A stretch of DNA of 64,000 nt from an uncultured Acidobacteriaceae bacterium (GTDB lineage Bacteria; Acidobacteriota; Terriglobia; Terriglobales; Acidobacteriaceae): the NCBI GenBank assembly GCA_963758255.1, contig CAVWUX010000010.1, positions 19,797 through 83,796 of the forward strand. Reading direction: 5' to 3'. Shown one piece after another: positions 17,601-29,376 of the stretch (positions within the stretch are counted from its first letter, which is position 1; each line of letters begins with the position of its first letter). The translations under genes and the position numbers were made by a program. A model generated the notes under the pieces. That model was not told the origin of the DNA and made no database searches. It was given only the letters and a program-made list of their open reading frames with translations.

Positions 17601-18521
17601 TCACACCTCCGGCGCGACCGGCGCAGCGGATGCGGTTCCGCTGAATCGCCGGGATTGCGCTCGAACAACTCGCTCAATCGTCCGAATTCCCTGTTCACCC
17701 AAGGCCATTGCTGAGTCGACCCATTCGGTCGTGATGTCCTGCAGTTCTAAGATGGGCACACTCTCATAGCGCTGATAGACGCGGTTCACCGCCTGGTGGG
17801 CCAAGGGGGCACGGCGGCGGTCCTGCACCAGCCTGTGGGCCGCTGCGAGACCCTCACCGCGGGGCACGAGCATATCGACAATGCCAAGCTGGTATAGCTC
17901 CTCAGCCTTGTAGCGCTGCCCATTCAGAACCATGCGCTGGGCGCGCATCGCCGAGGTGCGGCGACGCAAGAACGAAAAGGCGCCCATGCCGGGGAAAAGG
18001 CCGAACAGCACTTCGGGGAAGCCCATCTGCACGCCCTCCTCGGCGATGAATGTATTGCATGCCAGGGCCACCTCCAGTCCGCCGCCCAGGGCGTCACCTT
18101 GCACCACCGCGATGGTATGCACTGATCCCGCCGCGATGTCCTGAAGCGCTGCGACCACCTCAACACAGAGCAAGGCGTATCGCAGCAGCGTTTCGCGATC
18201 ACGGCGGCGGATGCAGCGCGCAAACAGCTCCAGATCGCCGCCGAGGTTGAATACCGGCGCATCGCTGGCGATGACCAGGTGGGTGAGCGGCATCACTACG
18301 TTCTCGCGTTGAGCCAGCGTCTGCGTCCGAACAAGCTGCTGCTGCAACGCTTTTGCATCCTCAAGAATGGGCCAGGAACAACAAGGACGCGATTGATCGA
18401 TGGCGTGCATAAACGCCCAATAGATGTTGCTTTCCGTGTCGTGTTGGGTGCGCATGTGGCGGTCAACACAAGAGGGTGGAAGGGGTGTCAGAGTGCTTTG
18501 AAGTCGAGTGGCGGCATTCAT
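17601..18521 (-). CDS. rpfF: Crotonase-superfamily DSF-synthase-like protein (RpfF/DfsA type)
   Basis: Matches recalled RpfF/Bcam0581 signatures: YWAFMH..SRPCC, SDAPVFNLGGDLELF, QGDALGGGLE, GFPEVLFGLFPGMGAFSFL, WVDSAMALGEQGIRTIERVVRAQSRR. Start uncertain (ATG 18521 with GAAAGG upstream, or 18551). The ORF-track start 18671 looks too long. Confidence 0.75.
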   Translation of the reverse strand: MNAATRLQSTLTPLPPSCVDRHMRTQHDTESNIYWAFMHAIDQSRPCCSWPILEDAKALQQQLVRTQTLAQRENVVMPLTHLVIASDAPVFNLGGDLELFARCIRRRDRETLLRYALLCVEVVAALQDIAAGSVHTIAVVQGDALGGGLEVALACNTFIAEEGVQMGFPEVLFGLFPGMGAFSFLRRRTSAMRAQRMVLNGQRYKAEELYQLGIVDMLVPRGEGLAAAHRLVQDRRRAPLAHQAVNRVYQRYESVPILELQDITTEWVDSAMALGEQGIRTIERVVRAQSRRFSGTASAAPVAPEV

Positions 18522-18934
18522 TCGCAGGGACCTTTCGTTTCGGGATAACATCCAATAATTCCGACGAAACACGATTTGCTCTGCGTCTGGAACTGTTCTT
18601 ACTGGGGCTTGGCTTTTGAGTAGGGTATCAGACCAACCGTTTGACCGGCTCGGAAAAACCCCGCTGGACATTTTGCGGCGTGGCTTGGCCGCGACGGCCG
18701 AGACCCCGGTTTCGAGGCCGGCACCGTTGGCAACAGATCCACGGTTGCATTTCCACAGGAGAGATCGGAGGCCCGTTCGGGCGGACTCGGCAAGGTAGCG
18801 CTACGATAACGATGCCCATCGAAACGTAAGGTTAAGGGGCTTTGCCGTCCACATGCATGTCAGTTGATGAAATCGCTACCCCGTAAGTAACGCGAACGGC
18901 GGTTCCGTTATGAAGCGAGTTGTGCCTGTCGCCG

Positions 18935-20503
18935 TCACTGCAGCGCGCTGGTCAGAAAGCCTCCAACCTCCTGCTTCAGCCGACCGAGAGCGTCGCTCTT
19001 GATGTACATCATGTGTCCGGCGTCGTAATAGCCGAGGGTGATCTTGGCGTGCTGCTGGGCGTTGAGGTTCATGTGGCTGAGCGTGTACTGGGTCGCGAAG
19101 TAGGGCGTTGCCAGGTCGTAGTAGCCGGAAGCCACGAACAGCTTCATGTAGGGATTCTTCACGAAGGCCAGCCGCAGCGCCTCGCTGGTATCGGGGAATC
19201 CTTCTCCGGCCGAGCCCCAATCCCAGTCGGTAACGCCTCCGCCGAGCACGTAATACTCAAGATCGGTTTTGTAACCCAGATCGCTGCGCACGTAGTTGTT
19301 GAAGGTTGCGGTAAACGGCGGACGTATCACCGACATGGAAGGGTCGTAATACATGCCCTCACCGCGCACGCGTGAGAGGTCGTCGCCGGTGAAGCGGCTA
19401 TCGAGACGGCCCACCATCAGCCGCTGATTGCGCAACAGCTCGCGGCAAAAAACACCCTGCGTCAGGCGCATATCGTTCTCGTCCACGACGCTGCGATCGA
19501 TTCCGGTGAATCGTGCTACCTGGTCGACCAGGGTCTGGCGCTCGGTTGGCGTCAGGTTGTCGCCCTTCCCCAAGGCGCTGGCATAGGGCCCGGCGGCAAA
19601 CTGCTGGGCGTCACTCAGGACGCTGGCCAGGTCGCGCTGCTGCAAATCCGGCGGCAGCTTCTTGTGGTACCACGCCGTCGATGTATAACTCGGCAGGTAG
19701 AGGATGTACGGCAGATCGTTGCCGCGGGTGAATTCCAGGGTCTGGAAGTTCAGCACCGAGGAAACCAGCACGACGCCACTGAGGGCGATGCCGCGGTCAA
19801 CCAGGTAGCCGCTGAGTCCGGCGGCGCGGGTGGTGCCGTAGCTCTCTCCGACCAGAAACAGCGGGGAAGTCCAGCGCTGGTAGCGGCTGAGGTACAACCT
19901 GATGAAATCGGCAACCGACGAAATGTCGCCTTTCACGCTGAAGAACTTCTTGGCGAGCTCCTTCTTGGTGGCCCGGCTGTAGCCGGTTCCTACCGGGTCG
20001 ATGAACACGAGGTCGGTCTGGTCGAGCCAAGTGTCTTCGTTGTCTATCAGCTCGAAGGGAGGTTGAGGCATGCCGCCGTCGGGCAGCATTTTCACACGGC
20101 GCGGACCGATGGCGCCCAGATGCAGCCAGAGGGATGCCGATCCCGGGCCGCCGTTAAAGGAAAACATCAGCGGCCGCTTTGCGGGGGCGTTGTCGAGGGT
20201 GTAGGCGACAAAGAAAATGTTGGCTTCAACCTCGGTTCCCTCTTCGTTGCGGATCGGCATGTAGCCGGCGGTCGCGGTGTAGTGCAGCGCGCGTCCACCA
20301 ACCGTGATCTGGTGGTGGGTGACAATCGGCGGCTCTTCCTTGGGGGCTGCGGGCTTCTCCGCATCGCCGGGAAGCTTGCCGGACTTCTCGGTGGTTTTGT
20401 CGGCGGGCTTGGCGGATTCGGCGGCGTCCTTCTGCTGTGCGGTAAGGCAGGGGGCAAAGAAAAGCAGCGTTAGACAAATAGCAGCGGCACGAACATGGCG
20501 CAT
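18935..20503 (-). CDS. Secreted S10-family serine carboxypeptidase
   Basis: Signal peptide (AAICLTLLFFAPCLTAQ), FNGGPGSAS motif and GESYG catalytic-Ser motif. Confidence 0.85.
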   Translation of the reverse strand: MRHVRAAAICLTLLFFAPCLTAQQKDAAESAKPADKTTEKSGKLPGDAEKPAAPKEEPPIVTHHQITVGGRALHYTATAGYMPIRNEEGTEVEANIFFVAYTLDNAPAKRPLMFSFNGGPGSASLWLHLGAIGPRRVKMLPDGGMPQPPFELIDNEDTWLDQTDLVFIDPVGTGYSRATKKELAKKFFSVKGDISSVADFIRLYLSRYQRWTSPLFLVGESYGTTRAAGLSGYLVDRGIALSGVVLVSSVLNFQTLEFTRGNDLPYILYLPSYTSTAWYHKKLPPDLQQRDLASVLSDAQQFAAGPYASALGKGDNLTPTERQTLVDQVARFTGIDRSVVDENDMRLTQGVFCRELLRNQRLMVGRLDSRFTGDDLSRVRGEGMYYDPSMSVIRPPFTATFNNYVRSDLGYKTDLEYYVLGGGVTDWDWGSAGEGFPDTSEALRLAFVKNPYMKLFVASGYYDLATPYFATQYTLSHMNLNAQQHAKITLGYYDAGHMMYIKSDALGRLKQEVGGFLTSALQ

Positions 20504-20583
20504 TAAGATGTCTCCCTCAGGCTAAATAATCTACATCCGGTCGATGGGGTAACGCGTGCAACTGTAACATGCGGAACGCGGGG

Positions 20584-21090
20584 CTAGGACTTAGCGGCTT
20601 TGCGCTGCTCGCGCTCGGCTTTCGCAGCCTCGCGGCGGCGTAATGCGCCTTCGTAGCGCCGCTTCTCGTCGTCGGTTTCGGGGATAACCGGATTCACCGG
20701 CAGCCGGCGGCCATGACGGTCTACGGCGACAAACGTCAAATAGGCTTTCGCTACCTGTTGGCGCGAGTTAGAGATGTAGTTCTCGACTGACACTTTTACT
20801 CCCACCTCCATCGAAGTTGTGAAAACCCGATTCACCGAGGACTGGAACAAAACCATGTCGCCCACGTGAACCGGCACCAGGAAGTCAATGTGGTCCATTG
20901 AGGCGGTCACAACGTAGGAATGCGAATGGCGATGGGCGGCAAGGGCACCGGCCAAATCGATCCAGTGCATCAGGCGGCCACCCAAGAGCGCGCCGAGCGG
21001 GTTGGTGTCGTTGGGTAGTACCAGTTCGATCATCTCGGACTTCGATTCACTGACTGGCCTCGGCTGCAATACTGTTTCGTTTTGCTCCAT
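20584..21090 (-). CDS. Acyl-CoA thioesterase (hotdog fold, YciA/ACOT-like)
   Basis: Typical sequence LPNDTNPLGALLGGRLMHWIDLAGA..ASMDHIDFLVPVHVGD. The ATG at 21090 is preceded by AAGGAAAGAG. The ORF-track start 21225 is an upstream extension. Confidence 0.8.
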   Translation of the reverse strand: MEQNETVLQPRPVSESKSEMIELVLPNDTNPLGALLGGRLMHWIDLAGALAAHRHSHSYVVTASMDHIDFLVPVHVGDMVLFQSSVNRVFTTSMEVGVKVSVENYISNSRQQVAKAYLTFVAVDRHGRRLPVNPVIPETDDEKRRYEGALRRREAAKAEREQRKAAKS

Positions 21091-21310
21091 CTCTTTCTCT
21101 TTCCTTTTGGCCTGATCTCCCTGATCAGACGTGATGATTGGGCTCCGGCATCGCAGGCCTCGATTCCCCAACAGCTGAATAAGGGCTAATTTGTCATTGT
21201 AATGGCCACGCGTTCCCGCCAGCACGTGGCCGGCACAGCCGTCGATTGAGACGTTGAGATTGGTGTACGGCCTCCTGTACCATTCGTTCTAATCCCTGGA
21301 GAAACGATTT

Positions 21311-21637
21311 ATGGCCGATGATTCCCGCGTGGCGGCGTTACAGGAGATCCTGAAGGGGAACCCGAATGACGCTTTTGCGCGCTACGCCCTAGGTCTGGAA
21401 TACTCCGGCGCAGGCGAAACTGACGCTGCCCTGGCGGAATTCGCCAAGTTGCTGGAAGCGCATCCCGACTATACCAACGGATATTTCATGTCAGCCCAAG
21501 CGCTAGCTCGCGCGGAGCGCATCGAGGAGGCCCGAGCCATGCTGCGAAGCGGAATCGAGTCGGCCCGCCGCACCAACAACCGCCACGCTCTTTCGGAGAT
21601 GGAGGCCATGCTCGATGAATTGACCACTGCCGGCTGA
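21311..21637 (+). CDS. Small TPR-repeat protein
   Basis: 108-aa ORF with TPR-like helical repeats (NDAFARYALGLEY..AALAEFAKLLEAHPDYTNGYF). Confidence 0.7.
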   Translation: MADDSRVAALQEILKGNPNDAFARYALGLEYSGAGETDAALAEFAKLLEAHPDYTNGYFMSAQALARAERIEEARAMLRSGIESARRTNNRHALSEMEAMLDELTTAG

Positions 21638-21732
21638 AGACGCTGGTACACGGGGCTTGGCCACAAGCCGGTGTCCTCCTACCGAAGATTTGCGCTGGTC
21701 CGACTGCGCTCATAAGCGATAATTACGCCAGC

Positions 21733-24414
21733 ATGTTCCCATTGGAGAGCAGGGCCATACCTACGAACCCCGTTAGAGTCATTTCGCACTTCGGCGGCTT
21801 GGCATTTTTCCGATCGCTAAGCGCCTTGGCGTTGATCGTTCTGGTTGGCTCGGCGACTGGTCTCGCGCAATCGGGAGGCACGGAGAAGCCGGGATCGAAA
21901 GCATCCGGCAAGAGCGCCCCAGCCAAAGCTGCCACCAATCCCCTTGCAGGCATCATGCCGGGCAAGCCGGCGGTGCCGATTGCAAACCAAGAGCTGCCGG
22001 CGGCAATTCCACCGCAAGCGGCTGCACTCAGCTACCCGCTGCCTGAGGTGGCCGCGCGTTCACAGGAATTGGGCCAGACGCTGCGCAGTCTGGGCGGCCA
22101 GTTGCCATCGCAAGAGCAATTGGAATCGATGCGCACCGCTCTCGCGCAACTAGAACCGGAGTTGCAGTCGAAACAACGCGAGGCAGACGTTCTACTATCT
22201 GCCACTCCGAATTCGCTCGAGGTCCGGGAGCAAGAGACGTATTGGCGAGGGATGCAGACCTATACCGCGGCGTGGCAGGGACAATTACTGGCGTGGGGCA
22301 ACAGCGTGCAGGCCGTGATCCAGACACTTCAAGAGCAAGAAAGCAGATGGGATGCGACCCTCCAGGAAAACCAGGGAGATGCCGATCTCGATGCAGTAAT
22401 CAAAATCATCGACAGCAACCTGAGCGACATCCGCAAGCTTCGCGCACTGGCCAAGGATGAGTTGCAGACGATCGTAAACATGCAGATCCAGACCGGTGCA
22501 GATATCGATATGGCCGGCGCGGTGCTTGATCGCCTGTCGCAAGCGCGGAAGCAACTCACCGGGCACCTCCTGCATCGCGACAGCCTGCCATTGTGGCAAA
22601 TCGCCACACGCCGCCAGGTCGGGGAGATTCCGCAAAACTACGGGTCGTTCAGCGACCGCTGGATCGCAATTAAGGCTTTCTTTCATGAAAACTCAGGGGC
22701 GATGGCCGTTATTGTCATCCTGCTGATGGTCTCTCAGGGTTTGGCCTACCGTCTGCATGTCAGGGTGATGGAGAGCAAGGCAGAGTTGGAGCCGTCGGTG
22801 GTACAGATACTGAGCCATTGGTTTGCACTGGGATTGCTTCCTCCACTGATGTTCGGCTATCTGCTTGTTCCCAGCGCTCCAATGTCGCTAATTGGGCTCG
22901 CAATCCTCATTTCGCTCATTCCCATCCTGGCATTGTTGCCGCCGTTTATCGAGCGCCGACCGCAGTTGATGCTGTACTTCCTGGTGGGGTTCAGCGCATT
23001 CACTGCCCTGCTCACATGGATTCCGTTGACGGCGGCACACCGGCGGGAGCTGCACTTTCTTTCGAACGCCGTGCTGTTCGCTTACTTTGTGTATACCCTG
23101 CCGCCTTTCAGTGCTGCCCGCGCCAAGGACCACAGCTACATGCGCCGCCTGGTACTGCTGGGATTGTGGCTCGCGGTTGCGTCCATAGGAATCTCGCTGT
23201 TTGCTAACCTCTTTGGCTACGTGAGGCTGGCCCAATTTCTCGCCTCCGCCAGTCTCTATAGCGCATTCATCGCTTTGAGTGGGTTCACCGCGTACCGAGT
23301 TTTCACCTCACTGTTCCTGGCGGGCATAGCATCCCCAATTGCAGAGCGGATCGCCGCAGTACGACTGCATCGCTACCCGATCACCCGTTGGGTCCCTCGT
23401 CTTGTAGCAGGGATCGGGGTCTTCATCTGGCTCACAGCGACGCTTGATCTGCTCAGCCTCGGCGAATCGTTCAGCGACGCCGTCACCCGTTTTCTCGACT
23501 TTCATATCGCAGGAAGAGCGGCTGGAATCACCCTGGGCAGCGTTCTAGGATTCTTCCTTATCTTGTTGATCGGGTACTTTGCCGCCGCAGTGATTCGTTT
23601 CAGCCTCCGCGAGGAGGTCCTCAAGCGATTCCAGTTGTCGCGCGGCCTGCCCGAACTGATTTCGTCCACGTTGTACTACGTGATCCTGGTGCTGGTATTC
23701 CTCTCTGCGGTCAACGTTGGAGGGGTGGAGCTGAACAAGTTCACGGTTCTGACCGGCGCAATTGGCGTCGGCTTCGGCTTTGGACTGCAGAATATCATCA
23801 ACAACTTCGTTTCCGGACTGATTCTCCAGTTCGAGCGGCCTATTCACATCGACGACATCCTGGAGGTCGACAACAACACGGGCCGGGTCACCCGCATCGG
23901 AATCCGTTCCAGCACCATCCGCAGCTTCCAGGGCGCGGAGGTCATCATTCCCAACGCCACACTGATCTCCAATAAGGTGATCAACTGGACCCTGTCGGAG
24001 TCGCAACGCCGCCGAGAATTGCCCGTTGGGGTAGCCTACGGTTCCGACCCTAAAATCGTGCTGAATATCCTTAGGGAAGCCGCCGCGAAGCACGAACTCG
24101 TACTCACCAAACCGGAGCCGATGGTCTACTTCAAAGGGTTTGGAGACAGCTCCCTGGATTTCGAGCTGCACTTTTGGATCATGCAGGAAAATAACTGGCT
24201 CCAGATCACCAGCGAAGTGGCACTGGCCGTGATGCAGAAGCTCGCCGACGCCGGCATCGAGATACCCTTTCCGCAACGCGACATGCACCTGCGGTCGATC
24301 GACTCGACCGCGACCGGTCTGCTGCCGTCCAATCAGCGGCAGGAGGTACCCTCGCTCGAAGGAAAGTACGAATCTCTCCCGCCGGAAGTGGGCGGAATAC
24401 GACGCAGCACGTGA
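21733..24414 (+). CDS. Large mechanosensitive ion channel (MscS/MscK family)
   Basis: Signal/anchor region, long coiled periplasmic part, multiple TM helices, and a C-terminal MscS core (NIINNFVSGLILQFERPIHIDD..GRVTRIGIRSSTIRSFQGAEVIIPNA). Confidence 0.9.
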   Translation: MFPLESRAIPTNPVRVISHFGGLAFFRSLSALALIVLVGSATGLAQSGGTEKPGSKASGKSAPAKAATNPLAGIMPGKPAVPIANQELPAAIPPQAAALSYPLPEVAARSQELGQTLRSLGGQLPSQEQLESMRTALAQLEPELQSKQREADVLLSATPNSLEVREQETYWRGMQTYTAAWQGQLLAWGNSVQAVIQTLQEQESRWDATLQENQGDADLDAVIKIIDSNLSDIRKLRALAKDELQTIVNMQIQTGADIDMAGAVLDRLSQARKQLTGHLLHRDSLPLWQIATRRQVGEIPQNYGSFSDRWIAIKAFFHENSGAMAVIVILLMVSQGLAYRLHVRVMESKAELEPSVVQILSHWFALGLLPPLMFGYLLVPSAPMSLIGLAILISLIPILALLPPFIERRPQLMLYFLVGFSAFTALLTWIPLTAAHRRELHFLSNAVLFAYFVYTLPPFSAARAKDHSYMRRLVLLGLWLAVASIGISLFANLFGYVRLAQFLASASLYSAFIALSGFTAYRVFTSLFLAGIASPIAERIAAVRLHRYPITRWVPRLVAGIGVFIWLTATLDLLSLGESFSDAVTRFLDFHIAGRAAGITLGSVLGFFLILLIGYFAAAVIRFSLREEVLKRFQLSRGLPELISSTLYYVILVLVFLSAVNVGGVELNKFTVLTGAIGVGFGFGLQNIINNFVSGLILQFERPIHIDDILEVDNNTGRVTRIGIRSSTIRSFQGAEVIIPNATLISNKVINWTLSESQRRRELPVGVAYGSDPKIVLNILREAAAKHELVLTKPEPMVYFKGFGDSSLDFELHFWIMQENNWLQITSEVALAVMQKLADAGIEIPFPQRDMHLRSIDSTATGLLPSNQRQEVPSLEGKYESLPPEVGGIRRST

Positions 24415-24454
24415 GGCCCGCCCTGTGTAACGGGAGACAGCCCCCCATTTTCTT

Positions 24455-24485
24455 TTCGCCCAAATCTGGAGGCGCTTTGGGCGAA
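24455..24485 (+). terminator. Hairpin after the MscS-family gene
   Basis: TTCGCCCAAA-N11-TTTGGGCGAA, a 10-bp perfect stem, 41 nt after the stop. Weak T-tract. Confidence 0.35.
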
Positions 24486-24622
24486 TTCGTGCTACGAAGC
24501 CCGCAACTGGCAGCTGAGAAACCTTATCCGGTACTCGACGCGCCGGATCGAGAGCAATCCAACACTCGCTCCATTCGGAGGCAGCCTCCGCGCTGGCGTA
24601 GAATACGAACAATCGATCGGCC

Positions 24623-26166
<1,544 letters not shown>

Positions 26167-26167
<1 letters not shown>

Positions 26168-26319
26168 TGGCTAGCGGTCAGCGGTCAGTGGCTAGTGGCC
26201 AGAAAATCGAGCGAACTGTCCCGCGATTAGGCGTAATTGAAATCAACATGGAAGAGCCATAAGTGGTTCATGAACGACTGGCTGCAGGAACTAGCCACTA
26301 GCCACTGACCACTAACCAC
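26167..26319. repeat. Long imperfect inverted repeat built from GGTCAG/TGGCTAG units
   Basis: The left arm (26167-26201) begins at the ATPase stop codon. The right arm (26291-26319) ends 7 nt before the vWA start. Core match GGTCAGTGGCTAGTGGC (17 nt), arms separated by ~90 nt. Confidence 0.8.
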
Positions 26320-26325
26320 TTTCTT

Positions 26326-27567
26326 ATGAAGTTCGTTAAATACAAAAAATACGTCCCGGAACCCGCGTCGGAGATGAGCATGGAAGACCTGCTCGCGGCT
26401 CTCTCCGACCAGCTGCTGCAGAGCGGGTTTCAGCGGCAGTACATGGACTACTATGACCAGCGCGCCGCCGAGCAGACGCTGGAGGATCTTCGCAACGCCA
26501 TTGCCGATGCAATCATGAACAGCGATATGCTCGACGAGCAACTGCGCGAGCAGATCGAGTCCATGAGCGCCGAGCAGTTTGAACAACTCATCGAACAGCT
26601 TATCGATCGCATGGAGCAGGAAGACTACATCACCATCGATCAACCGCACGATCCGTCACGTCCCTCCACCGTGGATGGGAAGGCCAGCGAATCCCAGGCC
26701 CAGGCGCGGTTTGAAGTTACCGATAAGGGACTCGACTTCCTGGGGTTTCGAGCCTTGCGCGATCTACTGGGGTCGCTAGGCAAGTCCAGCTTTGGACGCC
26801 ACGACACCCGCGACACCGCGACCGGAATCGAGGCCAGCGGGGCGTCGAAGACTTACGAATTCGGCGATACCCTGAACCTCGACATTACTGCGACGCTATC
26901 GAACGCCATCCAGCGCGAGGGACTGCATCTTCCGTTGAACATCGAGTACAACGATCTGCAGGTTCACCAGTGCGAGTACCAGTCGTCATGCGCAACCGTG
27001 CTGATGCTGGACTGCTCGCACTCCATGATCCTGTACGGCGAAGATCGCTTTACGCCCGCCAAGAAAGTGGCCATGGCGCTGTCGCATCTCATTCGTACCC
27101 AGTATCCGGGCGATTCGCTTTCGCTGGTGCTGTTTCACGACTCCGCCGAAGAAGTGCCACTGTCGCAATTGGCGCGGGTGCAAGTTGGTCCTTACTACAC
27201 CAACACGCGCGAAGGGCTGCGCATGGCGCAACGCATCCTGCAGCGCCAGCGCAAGGACATGAAGCAGATCGTCATGATTACCGACGGTAAGCCTTCAGCA
27301 CTGACTCTCGAAGACGGTCGTATCTACAAGAACGCCTTCGGTCTTGACCCCATGGTGGTCAGCGAGACCCTGCAGGAAGTTTCGAAGTGCAAGCGGTCGG
27401 GCATCCTGATCAACACGTTCATGCTGGCGTCGGAGTACGGACTGGTGCAGTTCGTTCAGAAAGTCACGGAGATGTGCCGCGGCAAGGCCTACTTCACGAC
27501 GCCCTACACTCTTGGACAATATCTGCTGATGGACTACATGTCGCGCAAAACCAAAACAGTGCATTGA
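26326..27567 (+). CDS. vWA-domain protein (ChlD/CoxE-like partner of the upstream ATPase)
   Basis: C-terminal vWA/MIDAS signature ([10 protein letters not shown] ... MITDGKPSA). Acidic helical N-terminal part. Confidence 0.75.
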   Translation: MKFVKYKKYVPEPASEMSMEDLLAALSDQLLQSGFQRQYMDYYDQRAAEQTLEDLRNAIADAIMNSDMLDEQLREQIESMSAEQFEQLIEQLIDRMEQEDYITIDQPHDPSRPSTVDGKASESQAQARFEVTDKGLDFLGFRALRDLLGSLGKSSFGRHDTRDTATGIEASGASKTYEFGDTLNLDITATLSNAIQREGLHLPLNIEYNDLQVHQCEYQSSCATVLMLDCSHSMILYGEDRFTPAKKVAMALSHLIRTQYPGDSLSLVLFHDSAEEVPLSQLARVQVGPYYTNTREGLRMAQRILQRQRKDMKQIVMITDGKPSALTLEDGRIYKNAFGLDPMVVSETLQEVSKCKRSGILINTFMLASEYGLVQFVQKVTEMCRGKAYFTTPYTLGQYLLMDYMSRKTKTVH

Positions 27568-27651
27568 GGGAATCAACTGCTGTGTCCTGAATGCGATGAC
27601 TTGCCAAACCCTCGTACGCAAGGTTTCGCGTTGTGACTTCGACCGTAGTTA

Positions 27652-28818
27652 GTGTCAGCTAGCCTCATGCCCAAGCTTCCGCGGACGCGACGACACTTCG
27701 TAAGTCTTCGCACCATTCTGTGGCTGGCGCCGCTACTAGTTTCCTGCACGGTCTCCGCGGGCGTTTTGCTTTCATCACTGATGGGCTCCTGTATTGACGA
27801 GAACGGGAAAGCGATGGCTGGAGCGGTATTGCGATTCACCGACCCGGCCACAGGCAGGCACTTCGAGGTGACGTCGAACTCCGAGGGTAGATTCACCTAT
27901 ATTGCGGTCGAGCCATCACGCTACCGGCTCGACGTTATTCGCGATCGCAAACAGCAAGTGTCGTTCGCGAACGTCGATTTGCAGTGGAGTTCTCATCCCC
28001 TGCTGATCGAGATCAACCTTCAGCTCAACTCCGTTAAAGTCACCCGGCAGGTGCTACTGGCGGAATCCTTCCAGACGGAATCTCCACCGTCGGAAATAAC
28101 CTCGCCGCCGAATACGGATAAGACTATCGCCGACGCAATCAACCAGCAGATTGCCGCCGCCAAAGCCTTCATGGATGCCGAAAATTGGGAGGGCGCGCGC
28201 GCCGCCGCCGAGGCCGCGACTGCAATCGATCCCAAGCGCGATCTCCCTTGGGCTTGGCTTGCCAGCGTTTACTGCCAGCAGGCCTCGCACGCGACAGTGC
28301 CTGCGGATTCGCTGCTGCAAAATTGCATTCGGTATTACAAGTACGCCATTGCCATCGCGCCAAGCGCGACGTACTACAACAACCTCGGCACAGCCTACAC
28401 TTCGATGAAGCAATGGCGGGAAGCTGCGGACAACTTCCGCACCGCCGGACAGATTAGCCCCGACCACGCCGGCCTATACCACAAGAATCTCGGAGCTGCT
28501 CTTCTGAAACAAGCTGAGTCAGGTCCGGCCGATGACACTCAGGAAACGCTTCAACTGGCTGCTGATGCTTTTTCGCTAGCTGCCGCAGCCGTGCCGCCAA
28601 TTGCCGAGGCCTACTACTGGAAGGGGCTGTGTCAGCTACGCCTGGCGGCGCTCGGCGCTCCCGGCTCCACCTACAAATCGACTGGCGAGTCTTTTCAGCA
28701 TTACTTGCAGCTCGCTCCGAAAGGACAGTATGCGGCCGAGGCGCGCGCGATGGTCGATGGACTGAAAGATGTGCCGGCCGATGCCGGTTCGGTTAGTCCC
28801 CTGCCCCAACCCAAATAA
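27652..28818 (+). CDS. CarboxypepD_reg-like domain + TPR repeat protein
   Basis: Signal/anchor region, Ig-like regulatory domain (GAVLRFTDPATGRHFEVTSNSEGRFTY) and TPR-like repeats in the C-terminal half. Confidence 0.65.
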   Translation: MSASLMPKLPRTRRHFVSLRTILWLAPLLVSCTVSAGVLLSSLMGSCIDENGKAMAGAVLRFTDPATGRHFEVTSNSEGRFTYIAVEPSRYRLDVIRDRKQQVSFANVDLQWSSHPLLIEINLQLNSVKVTRQVLLAESFQTESPPSEITSPPNTDKTIADAINQQIAAAKAFMDAENWEGARAAAEAATAIDPKRDLPWAWLASVYCQQASHATVPADSLLQNCIRYYKYAIAIAPSATYYNNLGTAYTSMKQWREAADNFRTAGQISPDHAGLYHKNLGAALLKQAESGPADDTQETLQLAADAFSLAAAAVPPIAEAYYWKGLCQLRLAALGAPGSTYKSTGESFQHYLQLAPKGQYAAEARAMVDGLKDVPADAGSVSPLPQPK

Positions 28819-28868
28819 CAAAGGGGAGCGCGCCTGGCACTCCCCTTGTAGGTGCCATGGTTGGCGGC

Positions 28869-29123
28869 TTAACTTTTCGGCGGTTCAGGCGTAGCTTCGT
28901 CGATCTTCTTCACTGCCGCTTCAGCTCCCTGGAATCCGATCTTCGAATGGGTCCCGTCGCAAAATGGTTTGTTCACTGATCCGCCACATCGGCACAGCGA
29001 AAATGCCGGCTTCCCAGTCAAGTCGTAAGGATTCCCGTCGGCGTCGACGAGTTCAATCGATCCTTCGGGAGCCTCCACGCGGTATGGCCCGTTCCTGCGT
29101 ACAGTGATCTTCACTTGCGCCAT
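28869..29123 (-). CDS. CDGSH-type iron-sulfur domain protein
   Basis: CRCGGSVNKPFCDGTHS is the CDGSH 2Fe-2S signature. Probable start at ATG 29123 (or 29132). The ORF-track start 29261 is an extension. Confidence 0.8.
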   Translation of the reverse strand: MAQVKITVRRNGPYRVEAPEGSIELVDADGNPYDLTGKPAFSLCRCGGSVNKPFCDGTHSKIGFQGAEAAVKKIDEATPEPPKS

Positions 29124-29281
29124 TGCTCTCATCCCCACTTTCGCGGCGGGTTGCGCCGTCGGTTCATTGTAGCGGAGATTGTGGTTCGCAGTTCCCTGTC
29201 CGGCAACGGACAATCGCGTGCGCGCTTGGACATCACCCGCGAAAGACCGTCTGTAAGCCACTGAAAATAGGAGCTATCGGA

Positions 29282-29297
29282 TGGCTGCCGTCGTGCA
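29282..29297 (+). promoter_or_regulatory. Sigma54-type promoter candidate TGGCTG-N5-GTGCA
   Basis: The GG (29283-84) and GC (29295-96) have the canonical 12-nt offset. Located 80 nt upstream of the first ADOP permease start. Confidence 0.35.
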
Positions 29298-29376
29298 TGT
29301 TTTCCTTTGAACCTCGCGCGCGTGAATCCCGTACCTTTGTACGGCCAGGCCAACCGTTGAAGTCAGGAGACAGACC

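Noticed and set aside
28821-28856. TGGCAC-N5-TTGTA as a sigma54 promoter
   Set aside because: It lies between two convergent 3' ends and forms part of a hairpin (AAGGGGAG..TCCCCTT). The -12 GC is replaced by GT, and there is no gene downstream to drive.
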